Under the pieces are notes generated by a model, which saw only the letters and a program-made list of their open reading frames with translations, ran no database searches and was not told the origin of the DNA. The position numbers were made by a program, and so were the translations under genes. 64,000 nt of DNA from Novakomyces olei (Eukaryota): positions 2,356,001-2,420,000 of the forward strand of contig JADEYG010000007.1 in assembly GCA_016906335.1 (NCBI GenBank), read 5' to 3'. Positions 62,887-64,000 of this stretch are shown one piece after another (within the stretch, counting starts at the first letter, position 1; each line of letters starts with the position of its first letter).

Positions 62887-64000
62887 ATGGACCCGTCGGC
62901 AGAGCAGTATAAAAGCTTCAAGCCCTACCTGGGCCTGAGGGCACGCTTGTCGCAATCGCTAATAAACAAGTATACGGTTATCGCGGTATATTTAATGGCG
63001 AGACTGCTGCTTTTCAGGAAAAGCGTGCAGTCTGCGCTCGCGGCAATGTACGCCCACATGAGTGACGGGTGTGTGCAAGCTGAAAAGGCTGCCAATGACG
63101 TAGTAAACAGCCAGATTCCTGTCGCGAGAGGACTGAATAAAGGCATACAGATTATGGTCCGAAATAGTTTGGATGCCAGTCACTCTGCGCTCGACGGACT
63201 TGTCACGATCGTCCATTCGATACTCGTGTTTTTGTTTAATCTGTTTTTCGGTGAGACTTTACTTTGACCGATCGATGGCTCGGTCTGTCAAAATTGTGCT
63301 AATCGAGTAGGAACGTACATTTGCCTGTTTAGACTAGTGGCTACTGGAGGCGCTACAGCTGCAATTGACGCGTCAAAGGACGTGATTGACGCGTTTAATT
63401 CTACTATTACTCGGGTCACGAGCGATATAAGCGGGGCACTTGGCACGTTCAACGGCCGCCTTGCCTCCTTCGAGTCCAGAGTGGAAAGAGCTGCGTCTTT
63501 CTTGGGGATCGATATCAATTTGCCAAACATATCTCTGCCCGAGCTCGAGGGTCTTCGTAACGTTACAATCCCTTCAACGGTCGGTGACACGTTGCAGCGT
63601 ATAAACGTGTCAGCTGCCTTTAATAATGTATTTGACGATATTCAACAGGCAGTCGACACGCCTTTCAATATGGTCAAACAGGAGATTGGCAAGTATTTTA
63701 GCTCAGTCGTTTTTGACGCAAATTTGCTCTCTGTTCCACGACGTACGGAGCCGGCTGTTTCCTGGTGCGCCTCCAAACCTTCCGTCCACTCCTTTACGCG
63801 TGCTGGCTACTCGGTTTACGTGACCTTTATTATCCTGATTGGCGTATTTGCCGTTTGTATGGCAATTGAGACAGCCGTGATGGAAGTCTGGACTTTCTAT
63901 GCGCTCGTACGAAGCACAAACACCTTTGTGGAGACGGTTCGCTCCGACGCCAATGTCGATAGTATGTCGGTCTTGATGATTGCCCGTTCCCCGCTTTTCC
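62887..64000 (+). CDS. PRM1: Plasma-membrane fusion protein Prm1, truncated by the window end
   Basis: PYLGLRARLSQSLINKYT, C..AE.AA, GTYICL, PFNMVKQEI; intron ~63251-63310. Confidence 0.88.

Overview
Gene-dense ascomycete fungal genomic DNA with about 26 protein-coding genes and roughly 60 short spliceosomal introns, which I reconstructed by hand. The genes are mostly housekeeping: ARC35/ARPC2, SMC4, an MFS transporter, a YTP1-family protein, a UBP8-like DUB, a Maf-like protein, SEC13, TRM10, PRI1, SLD2, YPD1, AAT, VMA2, TRP5, a GH128 glucanase, a lipase, MMS22/Mus7, a GT15 mannosyltransferase, a GatC-like protein, SDH8, SEC17, TSR1, UTP7, BIT61, an ADAM-like protein, NNF1 and a partial PRM1. 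Several features suggest an early-diverging ascomycete such as Taphrinomycotina or a basal Saccharomycotina yeast (inference only): frequent AAG acceptors, a Ste11-type TR box before PRM1, MCB boxes and TTAGGG/AACCCT promoter boxes. I found no tRNA, rRNA or intact transposon. The most unusual signals are: (1) a ~570-nt tract almost without G on the + strand (no C on the - strand), associated with duplicated telomere-like boxes; (2) a structured SEC17 intron able to pair with its own 5' splice site and to hide a cryptic acceptor; (3) a reprolysin/ADAM-like protein whose catalytic Glu is replaced by His; (4) a Ubp8-like gene with no ZnF-UBP domain and a 38-nt GC-AG intron; (5) functionally matched divergent gene pairs sharing AT-rich or microsatellite promoter cores.
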